Source of the DNA: Pseudomonadales bacterium
GTDB lineage: Bacteria > Pseudomonadota > Gammaproteobacteria > Pseudomonadales > M0112
Reading direction: 5' to 3'
Assembly: GCA_036568505.1 (NCBI GenBank)
Contig: DATCSK010000003.1
Span: 11,935 to 75,934 of the forward strand
Length of the DNA: 64,000 bases
Shown: positions 39,656-49,205 of the stretch, in pieces
Position numbering within the stretch: position 1 is the stretch's first letter
How the letters are laid out: each line of letters begins with the position of its first letter
The notes under the pieces: model-generated
What the model saw: only the letters and a program-made list of their open reading frames with translations
Database searches by the model: none
What the model was told of the DNA's origin: nothing
Translations under genes and position numbers: made by a program

Positions 39656-40369
39656 ATGGAACAGCTCGAACAGCTTTATATCGGCAAAGCCAAAACGGTG
39701 TATCGCACCGATGACCCGGATCTTTTCATTATGCATTTCCGGGATGATACCTCGGCCTTTGATGGTAAAAAACTGGCCAAGCTGGAACGCAAGGGCATGG
39801 TGAATAACCGCTTTAATGCATTCATTATGGCCAAGCTGGAAGCAGCAGGCATCAAGACGCATGTGGTGAAGGTGCTCAATGACCGCGATTGTCTGGTCAA
39901 GCGGCTGGATATGCTGCCGATTGAGTGTGTTGTTCGCAATATTGCAGCCGGTAGTATTTGCCGTCGTCTGGGCGTGCAGGAAGGCGTTGATCTGGTACCG
40001 CCGACCTTTGAATTATTCCTGAAAAATGACGCCTTGGGCGATCCGATGATTAATGAATCGCACGTGGCTTCATTCGGTTGGGCAACGCCCGAGCAGGTGG
40101 CGCGTGCACGTGAATTAACGTACCAGGTCAATGACGTGCTCAAGCAGTTGTTTGCTGATGCGGGCATGTTGCTGGTGGACTATAAGCTGGAATTTGGCAT
40201 GTGTGATGGCGAGCTGTTATTGGGCGATGAGTTCACGCCAGACGGTTGCCGCATCTGGGATGCGAAAACACGCGAAAAGCTCGATAAAGACCGATTCCGG
40301 CAAGACCTGGGTAACGTCATTGAATCGTACGAAACAGTGGGCCGCAGGCTGGGCGTGAGTTTCGACTAG
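39656..40369 (+). CDS. purC: Phosphoribosylaminoimidazole-succinocarboxamide synthase
   Basis: [19 protein letters not shown] and LVDYKLEFG motifs. Confidence 0.92.
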   Translation: MEQLEQLYIGKAKTVYRTDDPDLFIMHFRDDTSAFDGKKLAKLERKGMVNNRFNAFIMAKLEAAGIKTHVVKVLNDRDCLVKRLDMLPIECVVRNIAAGSICRRLGVQEGVDLVPPTFELFLKNDALGDPMINESHVASFGWATPEQVARARELTYQVNDVLKQLFADAGMLLVDYKLEFGMCDGELLLGDEFTPDGCRIWDAKTREKLDKDRFRQDLGNVIESYETVGRRLGVSFD

Positions 40370-41746
40370 ATGCGCATGTTGCAAAGGCTGGTCGGGCTCT
40401 CGCTGCTGGTATTGGGCAGCAGTGCCGCAGTCGCTGCGTCAGCGTTACCGCTGAATGTCGTGGTGTTTGTGTTGGACGATGTGTCGGCCGAAGACATTGG
40501 CGCTTACGGTAATGCTGGTATCCGGACGCCCGTCATGGATCGTTTGGCCGCCGAAGGCTGGCGATTTGATAATGCCTTTTTAAGTGTGAGCATTTGCAGC
40601 CCATCACGCATCAGCCTGTTGACTGGACGCTACCCGCATTCCACCGGCGCGCGGAATCTGCACGAACCCTTGCCTGCCGGACAAACCTTATTGAGTGCCC
40701 ATCTGCGTGATGCAGGGTATTTCACTGCGTCTGCGGGCAAGTGGCATATGGGGGATTATGCTCGCAGGCAGTTTGATCGTGTAATGGAATCGTCGCGCCC
40801 AGAACAGCATCAGGATTGGCTACGGCTTGTGCACGAGCGACCGCGGAATAAGCCCTTTTTTCTTTGGCTGGCGACCTACGATGCGCATCGGCCGTTCGAT
40901 GCGCCCATTACATTGCATGGCCACTCGCCGGAGGCGGTGTTGGTGCCGGCAGGTTTAATCGATAATGACGCGACAAGGAATGATCTGGCCGAGTATTACG
41001 CCATGATTCATCGTGCCGACATGGACATAGGCCTGGTGTTGCGGTTATTGGAACGACAGGGTGTGCTGCAAAATACGCTGGTTATTGTGGTTGGTGATAA
41101 CGGGCGATCGTTCCCTTGGGCGAAAAGTTATCTGTACGATGCCGGTTTGAAAACCCCGTTGATCGTGCATTGGCCTGAAGGCTTGAAAGCCAATGCCAGC
41201 GCGGCATTGGTCAGCAGTGTTGATATTGCACCCACCGTGCTGGAACTCCTGGGTTTGTCCCCATCGAATGCCATGCAGGGTGAGTCGTTTGCCGGATTGT
41301 TGGCAGGGCGGCAGTCTGCGCACCGCGATGCCGTGTTTGCCGAGCGCAATTGGCGCGGCATTTATCCAGCCGATGCGCGTTCGGTGCGAACGGCGGATTA
41401 TTTGTATATCCGGAATTATGATGTGATTGCCGATAACTGCCTTGGCAATGATAGCGGTAATCCCAGTGCGCAATCCCTCGTGCACGCGAATGCTGTGTGG
41501 ATGGATGCACCCTTGACCCATCGGTGTTTTCCCGCGCTCTGGCCAGAAGAAGAGCTGTATGCGTTATCGACAGACCCGGATCAGCAAATCAATCGGGCGA
41601 CCGACCCGGCATTGAACGGGGTGCTGGAGTCGATGCGGCAGCGGTTAACCGATTGGCAACGCGACACCGGGGATTATCGCTCGGTTCGCTATTCACCGCT
41701 TACTGAGCAATGGTGTCAGCAACACAATCAGGTGGGCTGTCACTGA
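40370..41746 (+). CDS. Sulfatase (Cys-type formylglycine)
   Basis: Signal peptide, VVFVLDDV, and CSPSRISLLTGRYPHSTGA (C-x-P-x-R). Confidence 0.85.
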   Translation: MRMLQRLVGLSLLVLGSSAAVAASALPLNVVVFVLDDVSAEDIGAYGNAGIRTPVMDRLAAEGWRFDNAFLSVSICSPSRISLLTGRYPHSTGARNLHEPLPAGQTLLSAHLRDAGYFTASAGKWHMGDYARRQFDRVMESSRPEQHQDWLRLVHERPRNKPFFLWLATYDAHRPFDAPITLHGHSPEAVLVPAGLIDNDATRNDLAEYYAMIHRADMDIGLVLRLLERQGVLQNTLVIVVGDNGRSFPWAKSYLYDAGLKTPLIVHWPEGLKANASAALVSSVDIAPTVLELLGLSPSNAMQGESFAGLLAGRQSAHRDAVFAERNWRGIYPADARSVRTADYLYIRNYDVIADNCLGNDSGNPSAQSLVHANAVWMDAPLTHRCFPALWPEEELYALSTDPDQQINRATDPALNGVLESMRQRLTDWQRDTGDYRSVRYSPLTEQWCQQHNQVGCH

Positions 41747-42011
41747 TTGCTGCGGCCTCGGTATTGCCGTCTGCGGGAACATCGACCGATTGCCTGTCCA
41801 ACAAGGGTTTGCCACGTTCATCCGCCGGACACGATGTCACGGTGCCGCGCAGCAAAGGGTCTGCGAGTGTCATTTCAAACAGTTTGTTGAGTGCAACGTC
41901 CCTGTGGGGGCTGAAAAAGGCGGTCTGATCGCTGTCGGTGTTGGACCACTGATCGTCAGTATCAAGGTATTGTTGATGCTGATTTTGAATGATGAAAACC
42001 GACTTGCTCAC
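41700..42011 (-). CDS. Hypothetical small acidic protein
   Basis: 103 aa. GTG start preceded by GGAGGG at 6-nt spacing. No recognisable family. Its 3' end overlaps the convergent sulfatase gene by 47 nt. Confidence 0.45.
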   Translation of the reverse strand: MSKSVFIIQNQHQQYLDTDDQWSNTDSDQTAFFSPHRDVALNKLFEMTLADPLLRGTVTSCPADERGKPLLDRQSVDVPADGNTEAAAISDSPPDCVADTIAQ

Positions 42012-42154
42012 GCGCAGCCCTCCATGAAGTGATCCGGTAAAAGCAGAGCGCAGATTCTAGCAGAGCTTGGCGGCTGAATCATGGCGTTTGCATGGAGGAT
42101 GGCATCGGGCTGCGTTAGAATGAATCCCGACCGTTGATATAGGCAATACCCGTT

Positions 42155-42418
42155 ATGGATAACCGGGCATACCCTCGCAGGCACCTGGATACCATGGTGG
42201 AAATGAGCCATCCGGGTATTGGTGTGATGTTGGTGCAAGCCATCAATTTGTCCGATGGCGGCATGGCCGTTGCCATGGGGCGTCATGTGGTGCCGCCCAT
42301 GGGTACCGTGCTTCAAGTCAAAATCAAGCGTCATGCCGGTGCCATCAACAGCGAGCCGGTGGCCATGCGCGTGGTGCATGTGCAGCCGGATGGCACCGTG
42401 GGGCTGATGTTCCTTTGA
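42155..42418 (+). CDS. PilZ domain protein
   Basis: RAYPR (RxxxR) and NLSDGG ((D/N)xSxxG) motifs in an 87-aa single-domain protein. Confidence 0.7.
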   Translation: MDNRAYPRRHLDTMVEMSHPGIGVMLVQAINLSDGGMAVAMGRHVVPPMGTVLQVKIKRHAGAINSEPVAMRVVHVQPDGTVGLMFL

Positions 42419-42498
42419 AAACAGCAACTTGTGTCGGCAAAGGCACGGGCGGAGTGCTACACTCCGGTGATAACACGCCCTGCTAATACGGATGGCCC

Positions 42499-43725
42499 AT
42501 GACCGTGACACCCCCTGATCAGCAGCCAGGTTCGGTACGCAGCAAGGCGCAGTCGCGTTTGCAGCAATTGGGCGAGGCATTGCATCGCCAATGGGGTCTG
42601 GGTGAGCGCATCCTGCTCAGCTGGGCGCCGGTGGCCGATGGTTTGAAGGTGCTGTGGGCACCGCATTACTTTCTGGGTAACTTCACCGCCTCCATGAATG
42701 ACGGCCGCCCCGAAGACCGCATGGAAGCGCTCAATGGCAGCTTCCTCCGCAAATTGATTTCCGGCCGCCGGCAAATGTCGGATGAAGATATCGAGGGCAC
42801 GGCGCGCCGGTTTTCCCTGACGGTTGATCGTGTGTACCTGGCTAAAGGCGATGTGTTATCGGCCACCGACTTTGATGCTGTCGAATCGCTCGTCAGACGT
42901 TACAGCATCAGCTATGTCGAAAGCCGCGCTGCGTTGCTATTTGATATTGCGGATTTCTCGATATTCACGCCGTTCGAACAGACCAGCCAAATCAACAGTT
43001 TGTCGTACTCGTTGAATTCGGCGTACAACAAAATGAAAAGCCGCAATATTGAAATCGATTTTGCGCGGACGACGACGGGGGACGGTTTCTATATCTGGAA
43101 TCGCGATACCGGCCCCATGGCCAACGTCAATCTTTTCCGGTTTATGGTGATGGTGGTTGCCGATAATGCCATTGCCAAGCGGAAGGCGCGTGGCAATACG
43201 GTGCCGGTCATTCGTACCGGGTTTCATATCGGCAGTCATTACGAGTTTTATCAGTCCGAAGGCATGAGCCCGACGTTGTCGAGTTACATCGTTGGCGATC
43301 TCACCATTGAGTTGGCGCGAATGGTCGATTCGGCAGCACCCGGGCAAATACTGCTGGGGGATTTCCATACGCGGATACCCACCAGTGCCAGTGATGATGC
43401 GTACATGGTGGAAGTGGATACGGAACGTCTGGTGGATCGCGTACGGAAAAGCTTTCGTAATCTCGAAGGCCTGGAATTGGCGGGTGAAGCCATCCAGCAA
43501 TTGTGGTGCTTTTTAAGCGGTGAAACCGGCGCGATTGGCGGCGAGTCCATCCGGCGTTTTGTGGTCACCGATAAACACGGTCGTACACGCGAAGTGTATA
43601 ACCTGATGATCCACATCCAGAGTGCGCATCGGGATTCCATGTTGTTGGGTTCGCCGGTGCCGCCGGGCCCTGTGGCCGCGGTGGATCGTTCCGCTTCGCC
43701 GCTTTCACGGCGTTGGCGAGGATAA
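42499..43725 (+). CDS. Divergent class III nucleotidyl cyclase-like (CHD) protein with unassigned N- and C-terminal regions
   Basis: An ordered motif series: LLFDIADFSIFT, TTGDGFYIW, IRTGFHIGSHYEF, IVGDLTIELARMVDSAAPGQILL. This parallels FxDIxGFT / GDG / RIGIHxG / GDxVNxAxR...G.I of class III cyclases. Confidence 0.6.
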   Translation: MTVTPPDQQPGSVRSKAQSRLQQLGEALHRQWGLGERILLSWAPVADGLKVLWAPHYFLGNFTASMNDGRPEDRMEALNGSFLRKLISGRRQMSDEDIEGTARRFSLTVDRVYLAKGDVLSATDFDAVESLVRRYSISYVESRAALLFDIADFSIFTPFEQTSQINSLSYSLNSAYNKMKSRNIEIDFARTTTGDGFYIWNRDTGPMANVNLFRFMVMVVADNAIAKRKARGNTVPVIRTGFHIGSHYEFYQSEGMSPTLSSYIVGDLTIELARMVDSAAPGQILLGDFHTRIPTSASDDAYMVEVDTERLVDRVRKSFRNLEGLELAGEAIQQLWCFLSGETGAIGGESIRRFVVTDKHGRTREVYNLMIHIQSAHRDSMLLGSPVPPGPVAAVDRSASPLSRRWRG

Positions 43726-43731
43726 AGCGCC

Positions 43732-44646
43732 GTGGCCGATGCAATACTCAAGTGGGACGTCACCGGCAAGATTCCGGTGACCGATGGCGTGGCCGTGTGC
43801 GATGCCGTGAGCCGGATTGTGCAGTTGGTGTACCCGGACGTCAGTACGGCTTCGTTACGCACGGCGTTTGTATTGCATGATCGCATTTATGAAGGCCGCC
43901 ACCCGGATTATCACGCCTGTGAAACGGGCTATCACGACAAGCGCCATGTGTTGGATGTCACCTTGGCGGCAGCGCGTCTGCTGCATGGTCATGAAATGAT
44001 TTACCGTGACTCCCCCAAGGAGCGCCTGGGTGCCGACTTGATGCGCGTGGGTATTTTGGTGGCGTTGTTTCACGATGTTGGCTATATCCGTCATCGTGAG
44101 GACCGGAAGCATTTTCATGGCGCGCAACTGACCAAAACCCACGTGTCACGCGGCGCTGATTTTTTGTCGGGTTTGCTGCCGTTGGTGGGTTTTGATGAAT
44201 ATGCCAATATCGGGCATTGGCTGGTGCATTACACGGGTTATGAGGTCGCGCCGGACGATATTCCGTTGCAGGATCATCGGCTCAAGCGCTTGGGAGCATT
44301 GATCGGGACGGCCGATATTATGGCGCAGATGGCCAGTGACGATTATCTCGAAAAATGCCGTGACGAATTGTTTAAAGAGTTTGAGTTGGGTGGTGCAACG
44401 GTTGCGCTTACGTCGGAAGGCGAAAAGCAAGTGCTGTACAGTTCGGGTGAGGACTTGCTGAAAAAAACACCGGGGTTTATGTCGAAAACGCTGGAAGACC
44501 GTCTTGAAGGAACATTTGGCGGCTGTTATCGTTTCGTCGAGTATCACTTTGGTGGTCGTAACCCGTATATGGAAGCGATTGATGCCAACCGGGATCGTAT
44601 TCGTAAAGCGTTGGAGTCAGGCGATACCCGTCTGCAAAATAACTAG
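43732..44646 (+). CDS. HD-domain metal-dependent phosphohydrolase
   Basis: YHDKRHVLDV (H...H), ALFHDVGYIRH (HD) and GTADIMAQM (D). GTG start 6 nt after the upstream stop, with GAGGA upstream. Confidence 0.7.
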   Translation: MADAILKWDVTGKIPVTDGVAVCDAVSRIVQLVYPDVSTASLRTAFVLHDRIYEGRHPDYHACETGYHDKRHVLDVTLAAARLLHGHEMIYRDSPKERLGADLMRVGILVALFHDVGYIRHREDRKHFHGAQLTKTHVSRGADFLSGLLPLVGFDEYANIGHWLVHYTGYEVAPDDIPLQDHRLKRLGALIGTADIMAQMASDDYLEKCRDELFKEFELGGATVALTSEGEKQVLYSSGEDLLKKTPGFMSKTLEDRLEGTFGGCYRFVEYHFGGRNPYMEAIDANRDRIRKALESGDTRLQNN

Positions 44647-44672
44647 TCACCGTGTGTGACAAGGGGTGCATT

Positions 44673-45326
44673 GTGAAAAAAGGATTGATAGCCATGTCGG
44701 TGGTTGCCTTGGTGGGTTGTACGTCGCCAGACCCATACACCGGTGAGCAGCAGACCAACAATACGACCAAAGGTGCCGTCGGAGGTGCCTTGGCCGGTGC
44801 CGTATTGGGGGCTGCAACATCGAGCAGTAAAGACCGTGGTAAAGGCGCTGCGATCGGTGCGGTAGCCGGTGGTGCAATCGGTGGCGGTGTTGGTTATTAC
44901 ATGGATCAGCAGGATGCCAAGCTGCGTGCGCAATTGGAGCAAACCGGTGTGCGTGTGGTGCGGGATAAAACCAACAACACGATTCGCCTGATCATGCCGG
45001 GCAATATCACCTTCCAGAGTGGCAGCGGTGCGATTCGCAGCGATTTCTACTCGGTGCTGGATTCGGTGGCATTGGTATTGAAAGAGTACAACAAGACCGC
45101 GGTTTATGTGACAGGCCATACCGATAACCAGGGCAGTTACGAGATGAACCAGCGCCTGAGTGAAGAGCGTGCAGCCAGTGTGGGCAGTTACCTGACCAGT
45201 CGTGGTGTGGCGAGTTCGCGCATTCATACGCGCGGCGCGGCATACAGCCAGCCCATCGCGGACAATAATACCGCCGCCGGGCGTGAGCAAAATCGCAGGG
45301 TCGAGATTGAACTGCGTCCTATGTAA
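44673..45326 (+). CDS. OmpA-family lipoprotein with a glycine-zipper region (paralog 1)
   Basis: Lipobox VALVGC, a Gly/Ala zipper, and OmpA_C motifs (TGHTDNQGS..NQRLSEERA...NRRVEI). Confidence 0.85.
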   Translation: MKKGLIAMSVVALVGCTSPDPYTGEQQTNNTTKGAVGGALAGAVLGAATSSSKDRGKGAAIGAVAGGAIGGGVGYYMDQQDAKLRAQLEQTGVRVVRDKTNNTIRLIMPGNITFQSGSGAIRSDFYSVLDSVALVLKEYNKTAVYVTGHTDNQGSYEMNQRLSEERAASVGSYLTSRGVASSRIHTRGAAYSQPIADNNTAAGREQNRRVEIELRPM

Positions 45327-45341
45327 TAGCAATGCACTGAT

Positions 45342-45377
45342 AAAAATCGCGGCCTGAAGAGGGCCGCGATTTTTTTA
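45342..45377 (+). terminator. Rho-independent terminator between the OmpA-family paralogs
   Basis: aaaaATCGCGGCCtgaagagGGCCGCGATttttttt. Confidence 0.7.
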
Positions 45378-45403
45378 TCCAGAGTCATCAGAGGAGTGTT
45401 TTT

Positions 45404-46045
45404 ATGAAAAAACTAGTCATGGCGATATCGGTTGTGGCGTTAACGGCCTGTACAACGCTTAACCCCTATACCGGTGAAGAAGAAACCAGCGATACGGCCA
45501 AGGGTGCGGGCGGTGGCGCATTGCTGGGGGCTGCGATTGGTGCTGCGGCCGATGGCAGTGAAGGAGCGTTGATTGGCGCCTTGGCAGGCGGCCTGATCGG
45601 CGGCGGCGTGGGTCGTTACATGGATGATCAAAATGCCAAGCTGCGCGCCTCGTTAGAGCAGACCGGCGTTCGTGTTGTACAAGATAAAGCCAACAACACG
45701 ATTCGCCTGATCATGCCGGGTAATATCACTTTCCAAAGTGGTAATGGTGCGATTCGCAGCGATTTTTATCCGGTGCTGACCTCGGTGGCCACCGTATTGA
45801 AGGAATACGACAAAACCAGTGTGTATATCACCGGTTATACCGACAATCAGGGCAGCTATGAAATGAATCAGCAGCTTAGCGAAGAACGTGCTGACAGTGT
45901 CGGTGCGTATCTGTCGAGTCAGGGGGTTGCGGTATCGCGTTTACACATGCACGGTGCCTCGTATAGCGATCCTATTGCCGATAACAGTACTGCCGAAGGC
46001 CGCGCACAAAATCGCCGTGTTGAAATTGTACTGAAGCCGATGTAA
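45404..46045 (+). CDS. OmpA-family lipoprotein with a glycine-zipper region (paralog 2)
   Basis: Lipobox VALTAC and the same architecture as paralog 1. The two share long identical nucleotide runs, e.g. aacaacacgattcgcctgatcatgccggg. Confidence 0.85.
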   Translation: MKKLVMAISVVALTACTTLNPYTGEEETSDTAKGAGGGALLGAAIGAAADGSEGALIGALAGGLIGGGVGRYMDDQNAKLRASLEQTGVRVVQDKANNTIRLIMPGNITFQSGNGAIRSDFYPVLTSVATVLKEYDKTSVYITGYTDNQGSYEMNQQLSEERADSVGAYLSSQGVAVSRLHMHGASYSDPIADNSTAEGRAQNRRVEIVLKPM

Positions 46046-46798
46046 TTGGTGATGCATTCACCTGCCAAGGTTGCTGTCCGTCAGGGCAGCAACCTTTTTT
46101 ATGAGCGTTCGCAGGCAGTAGCCCGTCTATTGGGTTTGCCGTGCCTTGAGCAGGACGATGCCGATTTTTGGCTGGAATGTACCGATGCGGGGCTGGTGTT
46201 GTGCCGGCACGATGATCGGAAAGGTATTGTCCTGGATTGGACTGGTGGCGCGATGGATTATCGCCGCCGACAAAGTGGTGCCGAGTTGTTGGTAAAAGCC
46301 TTCGGCAACTTGGCGAAAGGTGCGTCCATTCTGGATGCGACCTCCGGTTTTGCTACCGACAGCGTGATCTTGTCTCTGGCCGGTTTCAAAGTGACCGCGT
46401 GCGAGCGACATCCCGTTGTGCATGCCCTGCAGCGTGACGCCTATGAGCGCGCCCAGTGCGATGCCGGGCTCCGTGCGGCCTTGCAGCGCTTGCAGTTGAT
46501 TGCGGCGGATGCCCGTGAGGTGTTGCATGCCCAAACGTTTGATGCGGTGTACCTGGATCCGATGTTTCCTGAGCGCAGCAAATCGGCGGCGGTGAAAAAA
46601 CCGATGGTTTATTTGCAAGCACTATTGGGCGAGGGGGATGACGGTGCGGCATTGCTGGAGCAGGCTTTGCGTGTGGCGCGTCAACGGGTAGTGGTAAAGC
46701 GGCCGTTAAAAGCCCCGTTTTTAGCAGGCATAAAACCGGCGGGGCAAAAATTGGGCAAAGCGGTTCGCTTTGATATGTATTCACCGCAAGCCGTTTAG
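46046..46798 (+). CDS. rsmJ: 16S rRNA (guanine1516-N2)-methyltransferase RsmJ
   Basis: DATSGFATDSVILSLAGFKVTACERHPV, YLDPMFPERSKSAAVKK and VVVKRP resemble E. coli YhiQ/RsmJ. The start (TTG 46046 or ATG 46052) is uncertain. Confidence 0.8.
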   Translation: MVMHSPAKVAVRQGSNLFYERSQAVARLLGLPCLEQDDADFWLECTDAGLVLCRHDDRKGIVLDWTGGAMDYRRRQSGAELLVKAFGNLAKGASILDATSGFATDSVILSLAGFKVTACERHPVVHALQRDAYERAQCDAGLRAALQRLQLIAADAREVLHAQTFDAVYLDPMFPERSKSAAVKKPMVYLQALLGEGDDGAALLEQALRVARQRVVVKRPLKAPFLAGIKPAGQKLGKAVRFDMYSPQAV

Positions 46799-47736
46799 TC
46801 GGTATTGCGCTGGATATCGCGAATCACAAACTGCGGTTTGCCATTGGTGGTCAGAAATAATCGCCCCAGATACTCGCCAATCACACCCAGCATGGTGAGC
46901 TGCACGCCTGCGATGAGCAACATGCCGGCCATTAATGATGCCCAACCCGCGACACCGGTGCCACTGATCAGCCACTCAAGAATGACGGCTATCACGCCCA
47001 GCATGCCCAAGGCGCCCATGATCAGACCCATGGTGGTGGCGATGTGCAACGGAATAATTGAAAAGTTTAAAAACATGGATAGAGCGAGGCCTATCAGACG
47101 GCGCAGGGTGTAATTGCTCTGGCCTTCGTAGCGAGGCAAGTGCTGAACCTCAATGCTGTCGATATTGTGCGTGACCTGCATCAGCAACCCGTCGATGTAA
47201 GGAAAGGGACCGGTGTGAGTCAGGATGCTTTGCACGGCAAAAGCGCTCAGGCAACGAAAGCTGCTGAGGTACAGCCCTTTCGGTTTGTCGATCAATAAAT
47301 CGGCACAGCGATTGGCAATAGAGCTCCCCCAATTGCGCCAGGCATTGTATTCCCTGTGACTGTAGCGCGAATAAACGACATCGAACTGGCCGTTTAATGC
47401 ATGTTGCCAAAGTTTGATAACTTCTTCGGGGGGGTTTTGCAGATCATCATCCATGGTGATGATGTATTCGCCGCGCGCTTGCGACAGGCCGGCCATGACG
47501 GCGTTGTGCTCGCCAAAGTTGCGTGACAGGTTGATGACGGTGATGGGTGTTTTGTATTCCGAGCACAATTGCTGACACACGGCTAATGAATGGTCGGGGC
47601 TATGATCATTAACCAGAATGATTTCCATGCCGCCCGGCACGTCGAGCTGTGACAGGGCTTTGACCAAGGTGGGGACGCTGGCCGCACCGTTGTATACCGG
47701 AACCACAATTGATAGCGCGTATGCAGGTGTGTTCAT
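46795..47736 (-). CDS. GT2 polyprenyl-phosphate glycosyltransferase (ArnC/GtrB-like)
   Basis: SIVVPVYN, ILVNDHSPD, ITMDDDLQNPPEE, and two C-terminal TM segments. Confidence 0.85.
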   Translation of the reverse strand: MNTPAYALSIVVPVYNGAASVPTLVKALSQLDVPGGMEIILVNDHSPDHSLAVCQQLCSEYKTPITVINLSRNFGEHNAVMAGLSQARGEYIITMDDDLQNPPEEVIKLWQHALNGQFDVVYSRYSHREYNAWRNWGSSIANRCADLLIDKPKGLYLSSFRCLSAFAVQSILTHTGPFPYIDGLLMQVTHNIDSIEVQHLPRYEGQSNYTLRRLIGLALSMFLNFSIIPLHIATTMGLIMGALGMLGVIAVILEWLISGTGVAGWASLMAGMLLIAGVQLTMLGVIGEYLGRLFLTTNGKPQFVIRDIQRNTD

Positions 47737-48467
47737 GGTTTGATTGCCCAAGCTTTAGCAGACCCACCAAAGGGCAGGTGCAGTTTATGGTTGTTCAGCG
47801 CTTGCTCAATACGCGTTACCGTGTAAAGCAATCGGTTCAACCAGGGTGCCACCGGCTCGACATCGCTGGTGTCTTTGTTGCTGCCGGCAGTGAGTCGATG
47901 CAGCGCCATCAATGGTAATAACAAGCCATTGCGATAACTGCAGTAGCGCAAATCAAAACCTGCCTTGGTCAGCGCGGTGCGTAACCGGCTGGCGGTATAG
48001 CGGCGCTTGGAGTGCACGTGGCGGTCGTGGCTGGAACGCAGCCATTCATACGCGGGCACATTGACTAACAGATGCCCGCCGGGCTTCAGGCAGCGATGCA
48101 GTTCGGCAATGGCCGCCGGTTCATCCACATTGGCATGGTAGAGCACATCATTGCTGATGATGGCATCAAATCGGTTGTTGCTGTAGGGCATGGCTTCAAT
48201 GCGCCCGACCTGAATGGGCAGGCCGGTTTTTTCGCCTGCGATCGTGGCGGCATCCGGATTGAACTCCAGGGCATGAAAATCGAGTAACGGGTGTTCTGTC
48301 AGAAGTTTCTGAAGCAGTCCGCCCGTGCCACAGCCGGCATCGAGTACGGCGGCTCCGGCAGGCAGCTGCAAACCGGTCAGCCAGTCACTGCTGCAGCGAT
48401 GCAAGGCCCGATACCACCAGAAGTCGGCTTCCAGCTCGGCCATGCGCTGATACTCAATAGGCTCCAT
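47733..48467 (-). CDS. Class I SAM-dependent methyltransferase
   Basis: VLDAGCGTGGL and LKPGGHLLVNVPA. Its stop overlaps the GT2 start (ATGA). Confidence 0.8.
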   Translation of the reverse strand: MEPIEYQRMAELEADFWWYRALHRCSSDWLTGLQLPAGAAVLDAGCGTGGLLQKLLTEHPLLDFHALEFNPDAATIAGEKTGLPIQVGRIEAMPYSNNRFDAIISNDVLYHANVDEPAAIAELHRCLKPGGHLLVNVPAYEWLRSSHDRHVHSKRRYTASRLRTALTKAGFDLRYCSYRNGLLLPLMALHRLTAGSNKDTSDVEPVAPWLNRLLYTVTRIEQALNNHKLHLPFGGSAKAWAIKP

Positions 48468-48520
48468 ACCGGACGCTCTTATTATGGGATCGTGGATTTT
48501 ACCCTATCTGCCGGGTCTGG

Positions 48521-49126
48521 CTAAGCCATCTGGCGGTCGTGCCAAGGGCCCAGCAATAGCTGGGCGGTGATGGCGCCGGTGAGGGCCAGAAACATGTCCC
48601 ACTGAGTGTCCCACGGATCCCCCTGAGTGCCCAGAAACTCGGTAGCACCGTCGCCGGCAATGAGTGCCGACCACCACTCAATCATTTCGTAAAAGGCGCT
48701 GAATGCCAGACAAATGCAGGTGACAAAGACGAACAGCCATGAGCGAGATGACACGATGGCGCGACGCAGTAACACCTCGCGGGCTGCCATGGCAGGCACA
48801 AAGCCCTGGGCAAAATGCCCCAGGCGGTCGTAGTGATTGCGCGACAGATCGAGAGCATCTTGCAGCCAGAATCCTGCCGGTACCCGGGCATAGGTGTAAT
48901 GACCGCCGAGAATAAGGATCAGGCAATGAAGGGCAATCAGCCAATACAGTAACGGGGTTAGCGGGAAGGATTTCCAGCTGGCGAGCAGGATCGGGATCAC
49001 TATCAGGACCGGTGCAACCTCCATCCACCAGGTCATGCGGTCGTAAGGATGGATGCCAGAGGCGGCCAGTGCCAACAGCACCAGACACAACAGCGATAGC
49101 GGTAGGGCGGTGGGTGCGCGGGTCAT
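48521..49126 (-). CDS. DUF2238 (YjdF-like) inner membrane protein
   Basis: GGHYTYARVPAGFW...SRNHYDRLGHFAQGF pattern and about 6 TM segments. Confidence 0.72.
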   Translation of the reverse strand: MTRAPTALPLSLLCLVLLALAASGIHPYDRMTWWMEVAPVLIVIPILLASWKSFPLTPLLYWLIALHCLILILGGHYTYARVPAGFWLQDALDLSRNHYDRLGHFAQGFVPAMAAREVLLRRAIVSSRSWLFVFVTCICLAFSAFYEMIEWWSALIAGDGATEFLGTQGDPWDTQWDMFLALTGAITAQLLLGPWHDRQMA

Positions 49127-49205
49127 CAGTCAGCCTCCATCAAAATGCCATCATAACCCTGTCGAGGCTGCCGTATACTGAATGCCCTGTCAGGAGGTGT
49201 GTGCG

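Noticed and set aside
42008-42580. 190-aa minus-strand ORF covering the PilZ gene region
   Set aside because: The translation is His/Cys/Arg-rich and implausible. The plus-strand ORF has both PilZ signature motifs.
42499-44646. Cyclase-like plus HD pair as a Pycsar/CBASS-type anti-phage system
   Set aside because: There is no recognisable effector (TIR, patatin, TM-cNMP-binding or endonuclease). There are no mobile-element or defence-island neighbours, and the surrounding context is housekeeping and envelope genes. It is kept only as a generic second-messenger hypothesis.
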